From: Candidatus Microgenomates bacterium
Lineage (GTDB): Bacteria; Patescibacteriota; JACPGU01
Reading direction: 5' to 3'
Assembly (NCBI GenBank): GCA_016188915.1
Contig: JACPGU010000002.1
Span: 11,388 to 75,387, forward strand
DNA length: 64,000 nucleotides
Shown in pieces: positions 9,011-17,925 of the stretch. The translations under genes were made by a program, and so were the position numbers. Within the stretch, counting starts at the first letter, position 1. Every line of letters begins with the position of its first letter. Below the pieces are notes generated by a model. It had not been told where the DNA came from, searched no databases, and saw only the letters and a list, made by a program, of their open reading frames with translations.

Positions 9011-10513
9011 TTAAATAATAGTTTTTATCTTTTTTAGTATTTTTTCGTTTTCCTTGTCCGCCTCCTCTATCTCTCGTAAAATTTCTTTTGGCTCTCTTAT
9101 CTTTATCTCACCATCTTTATTCGGATTTTTTACGGAGAGGTCAAAGGTCGACGAAAAATCGCTCTTTAAGGTCGCACCTCCGTCCGCTTCGCTCCCCGAG
9201 GAACGACCTTTTCCCACGACATCAATCGTCCAAGAATTGGCGGAATCAGATTTGGTTTTTTGGAGAGCAAGAAAGTCGGCGAGGTCGGAGTCGTTCAAAG
9301 GATTGGTTTTGCCGAGGTTACGGTCGAGATTTAGCTGGTAATACCAAATCTTTTTTGTCGGTTCGCCCTTGGTAAAAAAAAGCACCACCGTCTTCACACC
9401 TGCTCCGGTAAATGTGCCACCAGGGAGATCGAGGATTGTGTGGAGATTGCAAGATTCTAAGAGCAGTTTGCGGAGCGAGACAGACGCATTATCAGTATTG
9501 GATAGAAATGTATTTTTTATAACTATGCCTGCTTTTCCTCCCGCTTTGAGGATTTTTATGAAATGCTGGAGAAAAAGAAAAGCCGTCTCACTGGTTTTGA
9601 TTGGAAAATTTTGCTGAACCTCTGGCCTCTCTTTGCCTCCAAAGGGCGGATTGGTGATTATGATGTCGTAACGATCTTTCTCTTGGATATCGGCAAGATT
9701 CTCCGTTAGAGTATTGGTATGAATAATATTTGGCGCTTCAATGCCATGCAAAATCATATTCATAATACCGATGATGTATGCGAGCGATTTCTTTTCTTTG
9801 CCATAAAAAGTTTTTTTCTGGAGTACGTCCCATTGATCAGGAGAGAGCTTCTCTCGATCTTGCGACAGATATTCAAAGGCGGAAACGAGGAATCCTGCCG
9901 ACCCAACAGCTCCATCGTAAATCTTGTTTCCTATTTTTAGATCAACCACTTTGACGATCGCCTTGATGAGCGGACGCGGAGTATAGTACTCCCCACCATT
10001 TCTCCCCGCATTGCCCATATTTTTGATCTTTGACTCATAGAGATGCGAGAGCTCATATTTCTCGCTTTGCGTATGAAAGTGCATACCATCCACAACGTCC
10101 AAAATATTGCGAAGCGTATAGCCACTTTGAATCTTGTTTTTTATTTCAGAGAAAATCTCACCGATTTTGTAATCAATCGTGTCCGGCTCTTCTGATTTGA
10201 ATTTCTTGAGATATGGGAAAAGCTCATGATCCACAAAATCCTTCAGATCGTCGCCTGAAAGCGCTTTATTGTGGTCGAGCTTACCATCAGCCATCTTTGG
10301 ACACGCCCACACTTCCCAGCGAAACTTTGGGTCTATAATATATTTGTATTCTTTGCCGGCCAATAGCGCTTCTTGCTTCCTATCTTCTTCGAGATCGTCA
10401 AGATACTTCAAGAAAAGAATCCATGAGGTCTGTTCAATATAATCAAGCTCGCTGGACAGCCCCGCGTCTTTCCAAAGCACATCGTCAATGTTTTTGAATG
10501 ATTGTTCAAACAC
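9011..10513 (-). CDS. hsdM: Type I RM N6-adenine methyltransferase subunit M
   Basis: GEYYTPR, YDGAVGSAGFL and NPPF motifs; GTG start. Confidence 0.95.
   Translation of the reverse strand: MFEQSFKNIDDVLWKDAGLSSELDYIEQTSWILFLKYLDDLEEDRKQEALLAGKEYKYIIDPKFRWEVWACPKMADGKLDHNKALSGDDLKDFVDHELFPYLKKFKSEEPDTIDYKIGEIFSEIKNKIQSGYTLRNILDVVDGMHFHTQSEKYELSHLYESKIKNMGNAGRNGGEYYTPRPLIKAIVKVVDLKIGNKIYDGAVGSAGFLVSAFEYLSQDREKLSPDQWDVLQKKTFYGKEKKSLAYIIGIMNMILHGIEAPNIIHTNTLTENLADIQEKDRYDIIITNPPFGGKERPEVQQNFPIKTSETAFLFLQHFIKILKAGGKAGIVIKNTFLSNTDNASVSLRKLLLESCNLHTILDLPGGTFTGAGVKTVVLFFTKGEPTKKIWYYQLNLDRNLGKTNPLNDSDLADFLALQKTKSDSANSWTIDVVGKGRSSGSEADGGATLKSDFSSTFDLSVKNPNKDGEIKIREPKEILREIEEADKENEKILKKIKTII
9161..9215. 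repeat. REP-like palindrome inserted in-frame in hsdM
   Basis: Inverted copy of 740..794; encodes GKGRSSGSEADGGATLKS. Confidence 0.9.
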
Positions 10514-10690
10514 AAGATTGAATCCTCGTTATTTTTTTAGCTCTCTTTCCCCCATTTTACCACAATTTTGCCGGGAGGCAAAGGCTAAGAAATTAAGAAA
10601 ATAAAAAATTAAGAAAATAAAGTTTGGTCGGGAATGACATAAAAGTAAAAGGGCGCTATCTGCGCCCCTTTACCGACTACCACTCATTTT

Positions 10691-11701
10691 CTACTTTTTC
10701 AACAACATCAAAACCAGACCAATTATTTGGTCTTTGTCTTTTGGGTTGCTTTCTGCAACCAATAGCGTAAGTGCAGTCAAAGCTTCGGGGGTCAATCGTT
10801 TAGTATTGAGCCGTCCCGCTTTTCTCAAAAACCAGATGAAAGCGAAAGCTCCACTTCTCTTATTGCCATCGATAAAAGGATGATTTTTTACCATGAAGTA
10901 AAGCAAATGAGTTGCTTTTTCTTCTATGGTAGGATAGGCATCTCCACCGCTGAAAGACTGCATAACATTTCCGACTATCCCAGCGACAGATCCCCTTTCT
11001 CGTTCTGTTGCAAAAAGATCTGTCGCCTCGTCTTTCTCTATAAGTGATTTCTTGAGTACGAGTATTGCTTCGTCGAGCATTTCGGAAGTTAGCTTTACTG
11101 ATTTCTTTGTTGCGCCTGAAGTCGCAAACTTTTTCTTGTCATAAGCCCCGATAGACAACCATGCATCTGCAAACATCGACACCAACTCCAATACGCCCTT
11201 CGTGTCAACAGATGCTCCGGCAGGCAAAAATTTCTTTACGTTCTCTACTGCCCTAATGAACTGTTCGTAGTTTTTTGCTATACGGTTTTTATTTATTGCA
11301 TAACCGTCTACAATATAACTTCGCAAAGTCTTGGTCGCCCATTGACGAAACCTTGTCCCCGTCTTAGAGCTAATACGATAACCAACAGAGACAATGGCAT
11401 CAAGATTATATATGTCAACCGAACGCTCGACCCTACGACCACCCTCTATTTGAACTTGTTCCATTTTGGAACATGTTGCTTTCTTAGAAAGCTCTCCCTC
11501 TTTGTAGATATTTTTGAGATGTTTTGTTATCGCCTGAGGATTTACGCCAAACACAAACGCCATCTGTGCTTGTGTCGCCCAAATAGTTTCGCGACTCAAA
11601 TCGCCCTTGAGCTCAATCGCCCCAGATTTCGCCTGATAAATTACGATCCGATTATTCGACTGATTATTCTTTTTCATCCTTCCTATTTTATCATCTTTCA
11701 C
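10691..11701 (-). CDS. RhuM-like N-terminal domain fused to Fic/Doc domain
   Basis: YNLDAIVSVGYRISS (RhuM-like) and HPFIDGNKRSG (Fic/Doc motif). Start may be the Met at 11677. Confidence 0.88.
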   Translation of the reverse strand: MKDDKIGRMKKNNQSNNRIVIYQAKSGAIELKGDLSRETIWATQAQMAFVFGVNPQAITKHLKNIYKEGELSKKATCSKMEQVQIEGGRRVERSVDIYNLDAIVSVGYRISSKTGTRFRQWATKTLRSYIVDGYAINKNRIAKNYEQFIRAVENVKKFLPAGASVDTKGVLELVSMFADAWLSIGAYDKKKFATSGATKKSVKLTSEMLDEAILVLKKSLIEKDEATDLFATERERGSVAGIVGNVMQSFSGGDAYPTIEEKATHLLYFMVKNHPFIDGNKRSGAFAFIWFLRKAGRLNTKRLTPEALTALTLLVAESNPKDKDQIIGLVLMLLKK

Positions 11702-11780
11702 TGACAGGCAAAAACTATTTTGAGGTCACAATCTGTAACCTCAAGATTTTAATTTCTTAATTTCTTATTTTCTTAATTTC

Positions 11781-13253
11781 TTAGCTCTTATTCTCCACCA
11801 CGCTCTTGATTCTTGTCATCGCTTCAATGCTCCAACGAATGCCCTGGGTGCCGAGACCGGAATCTTTCACACCGAGGAAAGGAAAGGAGTCGGGAAATCT
11901 CTCGGACTTGGCGTTGATCTGAACGACCCCTGCTTCTAGCCTGAGAGCCACCTCGTACGCCTTGGCTTTGTCTTCTGTAAATATTGAGGCGCCGAGACCA
12001 TACTGGCTTTGATTGTGAAGTGAGATCATCTCTTCTTCGTCTTTGCAAGAAATGATCGGCAGAACGGGAGCGAATTGTTCCTCCCAGGCAATGCGCATTT
12101 TAGTGGTAACTTCGCCTAAGACTACCGCGTCTATATAATTTCCCCTCCTTGCCCCACCCAGCAGAATCTTTGCCCCCTCACCAATGGCTTCTTTGACCAT
12201 CGCTTCTATGTATTCGGCTTGCCTTAAAGAGATTACCGGCCCCATTTGTGTTTCTATAAGCCTTGGGTCGCCTACAATGCCGTATTTCTCCTTTACCTGC
12301 TCAATTATTTTTTTAGTTAATTCATTACAAATATCGCGATGAGCCAAAACTCTCTTGATCGCCGTGCATCTTTGCCCCGCGTAGGAAAAAGCGCCCTCCA
12401 CTATCTCTTCGGCCGCCAAATCCAAATCGGCATCGTCGAAAACCAAAGCGGCATCTTTCCCCCCCATCTCTAAAAGTAATGGCTTGAAACCCGCCTTTAT
12501 AGCGATATTTTTACCAACATCGGTACTGCCGGTAAAATTGATCATATCAATGTATTTACTGCCGACCAGATAATCTCCGATGGTAGCCCCATGGCCAGAG
12601 ACAAAACTGATGGCTCCAGGGACAACTCCCGCTTTATTAAAAATCTCAATTAGCATCGCTGTGCAAATAGAGCCTTGCGTAGGGCCTTTGACCACCACGC
12701 TGTTACCAGCCAAAAGAGCCGGCGCTATTTTTGTCACTGCTAGATTTATTGGATAATTAAAAGGCGAAATGGCCAAAACCACCCCCAATGGCTCACGAGT
12801 AATATGCGCGTTTTTATTTTTTGCCTTGGGAGAAAAATCTCCTCCCGCCAAATCATATGGCGCGTTAAAAATATTCATTTGGTTGGCCGTATAATCAATG
12901 ATGTCAGCCGAACGCAAAACACTGCTTTTCGCGGAATTTATGGTTTTGGCTATTTCCAAAACTTTTATTTCAGTTATCTCGTCGCAGTAAGTTCTCAAAA
13001 GCTCCGCTGCTTTTTTCAAAATAGCGGCACGATCTTCCAGATGAAAATTTGCCCATTTTTTTTGAGCTCTTTTGGCTTGCTCCAAAATTTCATCTACCTC
13101 ATCTTCCGTCACGGCCTGTAATTTACCGACCAAAGAATTGTCTATGGGCGAAAGCACATCAATCAAATTTCCCGAGCTACTTTTTACCCATTTTCCGCCG
13201 GAAAAAAATTTGTATATTCTTTCCTCTTTAATATCATTGAAAAAACTTGACAT
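11781..13253 (-). CDS. gapN: Non-phosphorylating NADP-dependent glyceraldehyde-3-phosphate dehydrogenase (ALDH superfamily)
   Basis: ISPFNYP, FTGST, LEMGGKD, SYAGQRCTAIKR, MRIAWEEQFAP and FPFLGVKDSG motifs; glycolytic gene context. Confidence 0.88.
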   Translation of the reverse strand: MSSFFNDIKEERIYKFFSGGKWVKSSSGNLIDVLSPIDNSLVGKLQAVTEDEVDEILEQAKRAQKKWANFHLEDRAAILKKAAELLRTYCDEITEIKVLEIAKTINSAKSSVLRSADIIDYTANQMNIFNAPYDLAGGDFSPKAKNKNAHITREPLGVVLAISPFNYPINLAVTKIAPALLAGNSVVVKGPTQGSICTAMLIEIFNKAGVVPGAISFVSGHGATIGDYLVGSKYIDMINFTGSTDVGKNIAIKAGFKPLLLEMGGKDAALVFDDADLDLAAEEIVEGAFSYAGQRCTAIKRVLAHRDICNELTKKIIEQVKEKYGIVGDPRLIETQMGPVISLRQAEYIEAMVKEAIGEGAKILLGGARRGNYIDAVVLGEVTTKMRIAWEEQFAPVLPIISCKDEEEMISLHNQSQYGLGASIFTEDKAKAYEVALRLEAGVVQINAKSERFPDSFPFLGVKDSGLGTQGIRWSIEAMTRIKSVVENKS

Positions 13254-13456
13254 AATGTTTCACTTACTTGTTATAAAATCTCTTTGAAATTTTTGAATTT
13301 TGTAATTTTTGAATTTTTAAACAATTTCTAATGTTCTAATTTTTAAAAATTAAAAAATTAAGATTTGTTTACAAAATTATCACCGCCTCAATAGTTTAAT
13401 AATAAGATGGTGTGGCGGGATCCCGCTAAAGCGGGAAAAATTCAAAAATTCTCCCC

Positions 13457-14446
13457 CTATATCCTACTCACTTTTACTTTGTTTTTCCGCGCTATTTCTT
13501 TCAGCTCCCGCAGATTCATTTGCCCTTTTTGCGCGCCGTAGAATGAGGCCACGCCCGCGCCATTGATGGCCGCAAATTTCAAACTATCTTCCGTGCTGAA
13601 ACCTTTTATCTGCGTGGCCACGAAAGAGCCGAAGAAAGCGTCCCCCGAACCGGCCGAACCGCGCGCCTTAATCTTCATAGCACTGACTTTGAAAAATTTT
13701 GAGCCGTCATGATAGAAAGCGCCGTGACGACCACGGGTGACAATCACCTTGGCCGCTCCCATATTGCAAATAGCGCACAGCAAATCTTTTATCTCCGCAC
13801 TGCTTTTCCGCGTCAATTGCAATGCTTCCTCAAAATTCACTGCCACTATTTCTGACCGAGCCACCATTTTTTTTAAAACTTTATATTGCTTCTCCAATTG
13901 ATAACCGCTGGGATTGAGATAAAGCTTTTTGCTCGTGCCGTCCAATGCGCCCAATATTTTTTCCTGCAAGATAGCAAAATGTGGCGCTATCCCCCCGACA
14001 TAGACGGCGTCAGATGCTTTGACTATTTTTTTCACATCTATCTTAGAATAATCGTTTTTTTCTCGATAAATCAAAATAGTGCGATCGCCATCGGGTCCGA
14101 TCAGAACCAAAGAAAATCCAAATTTTTCGTGCGGACCACGCAAAATAAATTTGGTGCTGATTTTGTGTTTTTTGAAAACTTGCAAGACTTCGCTATTCAA
14201 ACTGTTGCTTCCCAAGACCGTGGCAAAAGCGGATTTTATGCCCATTTTGGCCATCGCGACAATCGCGTTACAAGCTGAACCACCCAAACCGTAATGCACT
14301 TCGGAAACTGGGATCTTCTCTCCGTACTGATAGGCTAGATATTTTGTTTTGCCACCAAAATACCGACCGTCTTTCAAAAGTTTTGACGGCGCCAAAATGA
14401 AAATATCTTCCACGCAATCTCCGAAACCAGTGATTTGATAACGCAT
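13457..14446 (-). CDS. PfkB/ribokinase-family carbohydrate kinase
   Basis: GGSACN, VTRGRHG and GSGDAF motifs. Confidence 0.88.
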   Translation of the reverse strand: MRYQITGFGDCVEDIFILAPSKLLKDGRYFGGKTKYLAYQYGEKIPVSEVHYGLGGSACNAIVAMAKMGIKSAFATVLGSNSLNSEVLQVFKKHKISTKFILRGPHEKFGFSLVLIGPDGDRTILIYREKNDYSKIDVKKIVKASDAVYVGGIAPHFAILQEKILGALDGTSKKLYLNPSGYQLEKQYKVLKKMVARSEIVAVNFEEALQLTRKSSAEIKDLLCAICNMGAAKVIVTRGRHGAFYHDGSKFFKVSAMKIKARGSAGSGDAFFGSFVATQIKGFSTEDSLKFAAINGAGVASFYGAQKGQMNLRELKEIARKNKVKVSRI

Positions 14447-14577
14447 AACGGTAAAATTTTATAATTTTTAATTCTTAATTTTTAAATAAACCAGAAAATC
14501 CAATTTTTAAACATTAAGAATTAAAGTATTTTATTTATAAAATTACAAAATTCAAAAATTAAAAATTGCACATTAAG

Positions 14578-15477
14578 CTATTTACTTGAAAATAGCTTGA
14601 TGTGTCTTATTACTTCTTCTTCCATCGCCTTCCCTGCCTGATTTAGTAATTTATATAATTTTAAGCTATCTTGCCCATCATAGATATTATCCAATATTTC
14701 AACGATCATCGCTAATTGCAGATCGGTGTCAACATTTATTTTTCTAATACCCAATCCAATAGCTTTTTTCAAATCATGGGCAGATACTCCGATAGCATTG
14801 TTTATTTTTACTCCCCTTTCTTTTAAATCCATTACCAATTCTGAACGAACCATAGACGCCCCATGCAGAACCAATGGTACCGGAATTACTTTTCGCAAAA
14901 CCTCTAAAAGTTTGAAATCCAATTCTGATTTTTTTAAAAATTTATGAATACCATGAGAGGTGCCAATGGCTACCGCCAACATATCGCAATTTGTTTTTTT
15001 GACGAAATCTTGCGCGAGCAGAGGGTCGGTAAAAATTATTTTACGATTTTTTACATTTTCTTCATCGCCACCGATAGAACCTATTTCTGCCTCAACCGCC
15101 GCGCCATAGCGATGCGCCTGATTGACTATCGAGCGAGTCAGACGAACGTTTTCTGAAAAATCAAGATGCGATCCATCAAACATTACACTATCAAAACCAC
15201 CGTGAATAGCCTCTCCAATAATATCAAGATTGTACCCGTGATCCAAATGCAAAAACAATTCTATATTATATTTATTTTCGTAATAATCTTTTGCCCCGAC
15301 AAAAAATTCTAGCCCGCTATGCTCAATAGCTCCCTCAGAAACAGCAATGATGATCGGTTTTTTTGTTTTTTTTGAAGCCCTGACGGCTGCCTCAAAAGTT
15401 TCTATATTAGAAACATTAAAATGGCCTATAGCTATCTTGCGTTTTTCTGCTAATTGATAGAGACGCTTGATTTTCAT
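14578..15477 (-). CDS. fba: Class II fructose-bisphosphate aldolase
   Basis: HLDHG, SVMFDGS, VEAEIG, AIGTSHG, LVLHGAS and KINVDTD motifs. Confidence 0.92.
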   Translation of the reverse strand: MKIKRLYQLAEKRKIAIGHFNVSNIETFEAAVRASKKTKKPIIIAVSEGAIEHSGLEFFVGAKDYYENKYNIELFLHLDHGYNLDIIGEAIHGGFDSVMFDGSHLDFSENVRLTRSIVNQAHRYGAAVEAEIGSIGGDEENVKNRKIIFTDPLLAQDFVKKTNCDMLAVAIGTSHGIHKFLKKSELDFKLLEVLRKVIPVPLVLHGASMVRSELVMDLKERGVKINNAIGVSAHDLKKAIGLGIRKINVDTDLQLAMIVEILDNIYDGQDSLKLYKLLNQAGKAMEEEVIRHIKLFSSK

Positions 15478-15600
15478 CTACTGCTGATTTACGAATTGAA
15501 TACAAATATACAAATACTGATCAAAATACTATGTGCGGATGAGACGCTTTAGTTGGCATTTGTATATTTGTATACAATTTGTATATTCGTAGTATAGTGG

Positions 15601-16380
15601 CTATTGTTGTTCGATTTTTTGAACCATTTTTTTCAAACTTTCAGGGCGAAAACTTTCGCGACCAATGATGAAACCGGAAAGTTCTGACATTTCTAAATAA
15701 TCTCGGAAATTTTCACCATTGATACTACCTCCATAAAGTACGACTGGTTGTGGCACCATGTTTTTAGACCCCCCTATTCCAACCATGCCAAAAAAATATT
15801 TGCGACGAAAACGACGAAATATAATATTTTTTATACTGCGAATAGCTTTGCCAACCTGCTCCGGATGGGCCGGTTTGAGCGTTCCTATAGAGCCAATAGG
15901 CTCATAGGCAAAAAACATATTTCCTATCTCTTCAGCGGAAAAATTATTTACTATGCTTTTTGTTTCTCGGACAAAATCTTTGTAGCCGACACAGATAATA
16001 GGCGTCATATTATTTTTCAAAATCTCCCTGACTTTGGTAGCGACAATAACATCGGTATCTCCCAACCTCCTACTTTCACTATGGCCGACCAAAACATATT
16101 CCGCGCCGAATTCATTAACCATCCTAGCAGAAATTTGTCCAGTATAGGGTCCCTGCCCCTTCCAAAAAACGTTCTGCGCGCCCAAATGCATCAAGCGACT
16201 ACGCCTTTCGTCCACCATTTGAAAATACAAAAAAGGAGGGCATATTATTACCTCCGCCTTGCCTTGAGATTTCTGGTTTTTTCTGCCCGTTAGAGCTTTG
16301 TTATAGGCCGCCATCAAACCTTTGGCTTTGGCAAAACTAGATGGACTCATTTTCCAATTGCAGACAATATAATGACGCAT
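15601..16380 (-). CDS. tpiA: Triosephosphate isomerase (divergent)
   Basis: NWK, GAQN, GHSE, AYEP and LYGGS motifs. Confidence 0.88.
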   Translation of the reverse strand: MRHYIVCNWKMSPSSFAKAKGLMAAYNKALTGRKNQKSQGKAEVIICPPFLYFQMVDERRSRLMHLGAQNVFWKGQGPYTGQISARMVNEFGAEYVLVGHSESRRLGDTDVIVATKVREILKNNMTPIICVGYKDFVRETKSIVNNFSAEEIGNMFFAYEPIGSIGTLKPAHPEQVGKAIRSIKNIIFRRFRRKYFFGMVGIGGSKNMVPQPVVLYGGSINGENFRDYLEMSELSGFIIGRESFRPESLKKMVQKIEQQ

Positions 16381-16502
16381 CCTCCCCCTCCTTGGCTAAG
16401 AAAATAAGAAATTAAAAAAGTAAGAAATTAACGGAATATGGATTTCTTAATTAATTGCATTCTTGATTTTTTATTTTTTTGTTTTCTTAATTTTTTAGTT
16501 TT

Positions 16503-16829
16503 TTACTTCAGTGCTGACTCTATCCTTTTTACGATATTATCTTTCGGCTGCGCCCCAATAATATTGTCAACTATTTTACCTTCTTTGAATATCAACATAG
16601 CTGGAATACTCATTATTTTATATCTTCCGGCAACAATAGGATTTTCATCTACGTTGACTTTGCCCACTATTATTTTGTCCTCCATGTCTTTGGCTATTTC
16701 CTCTATCACCGGCCCCAATATTTTACAAGGACCACACCAAGGCGCCCAAAAATCTATTAGGGCTACTTTTCCGCTCGATAGTATTTCTTTATCAAAAGAA
16801 TAATCATCTAAAATCAAAGGATTTGGCAT
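16503..16829 (-). CDS. trxA: Thioredoxin
   Basis: DFWAPWCGPC active site. Confidence 0.96.
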   Translation of the reverse strand: MPNPLILDDYSFDKEILSSGKVALIDFWAPWCGPCKILGPVIEEIAKDMEDKIIVGKVNVDENPIVAGRYKIMSIPAMLIFKEGKIVDNIIGAQPKDNIVKRIESALK

Positions 16830-16854
16830 AACTGATTTTTAGTAATAATCTGAT

Positions 16855-17811
16855 CTATCTCCACCTTTTGTTTAATTTTTGTATTTCTCCCAAAGCTGCC
16901 AGGCCAATTTTGAAATGAGCTTCGTCTGGCTCACGAATAAATATCCTCTCAACAATAGTAAACGGCCAAATAAAAATAGTATAAAATATTCCACGGTATT
17001 TCAAGCTCCACCAAACCAATTCATATGCCAAAGCGAAAGCAAAAATTATGATCCCCAGCAAAACTATCATTACTACCCCAAAAGGCGCTCCTGACAAATG
17101 CAAAAAGGATACTGCTCCTGATACAAAAATCATTGTCCAGACCCAAGCAATCAAAGAACAGCGATCGTCCAACAGGCTCTCTTTGCGCAAAGAATCAATA
17201 GATATCTTACCCTTTTTCTCCAAGGCTCTGATTATTTTATGTTCTACGCCGTGGTAAAAAAGCCAATCCGCCTCTTCTCTCGTTAATGTCGCTATCAAAA
17301 TAAAAATTAAAGCAAACAAGATGAGATAACCGAAAGTGACTGCCCAATTATACAATCCCATATCCCAAGTAACAATCGGATATCCTTGCAAATTAGCTGA
17401 AAGATAATTAAAGATAGCTACAGCCAAAGCTAGATAGACGATGTACAAAACATACTGCCTTAATCGCACAAAAAAACGATGGTAAATAGTTTTTGTTTTT
17501 AGATTTTTTTTAATAAAACGCCTTTTGTAAAAAAGAGCCAATAGATTAATGACCAGCGCCTCAACGAAAAAAGCAATGCCACGAATCAAAGGATAATATA
17601 AAAAACGATTTTTCCGCGCGCTCCTTTTTAATTTGGCCGAGACCAATTCGATATTGCCCAATTCATCTCGCATAGCCAAGGTCATAATTTTTCTGTTGCG
17701 CAAAACTACTCCGCAAGACAAAGCAATCCCGCCAAAAGGATCGTTCAGTTCCTCTCCAGAAACAGACCTGCTATTCTTTTTTTTCTTTATTTTTTGCTTT
17801 TTATTTGGCAT
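16855..17811 (-). CDS. DUF1385-like membrane protein (divergent)
   Basis: GGIAL..GV, PLIRG, YHGVEHK, RC and REPD patterns; start taken at MPNKK after a GGAGG site. Confidence 0.75.
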   Translation of the reverse strand: MPNKKQKIKKKKNSRSVSGEELNDPFGGIALSCGVVLRNRKIMTLAMRDELGNIELVSAKLKRSARKNRFLYYPLIRGIAFFVEALVINLLALFYKRRFIKKNLKTKTIYHRFFVRLRQYVLYIVYLALAVAIFNYLSANLQGYPIVTWDMGLYNWAVTFGYLILFALIFILIATLTREEADWLFYHGVEHKIIRALEKKGKISIDSLRKESLLDDRCSLIAWVWTMIFVSGAVSFLHLSGAPFGVVMIVLLGIIIFAFALAYELVWWSLKYRGIFYTIFIWPFTIVERIFIREPDEAHFKIGLAALGEIQKLNKRWR

Positions 17812-17925
17812 CAACCCTCCCATATTCAAGAATAGCGAACAAACGCGCAATAATCAATATCCAAATCTTTTTCCTAATTTTTTATTTATTACTTTTCACT
17901 CTTTACTTTTAACTTTTCACCTATC

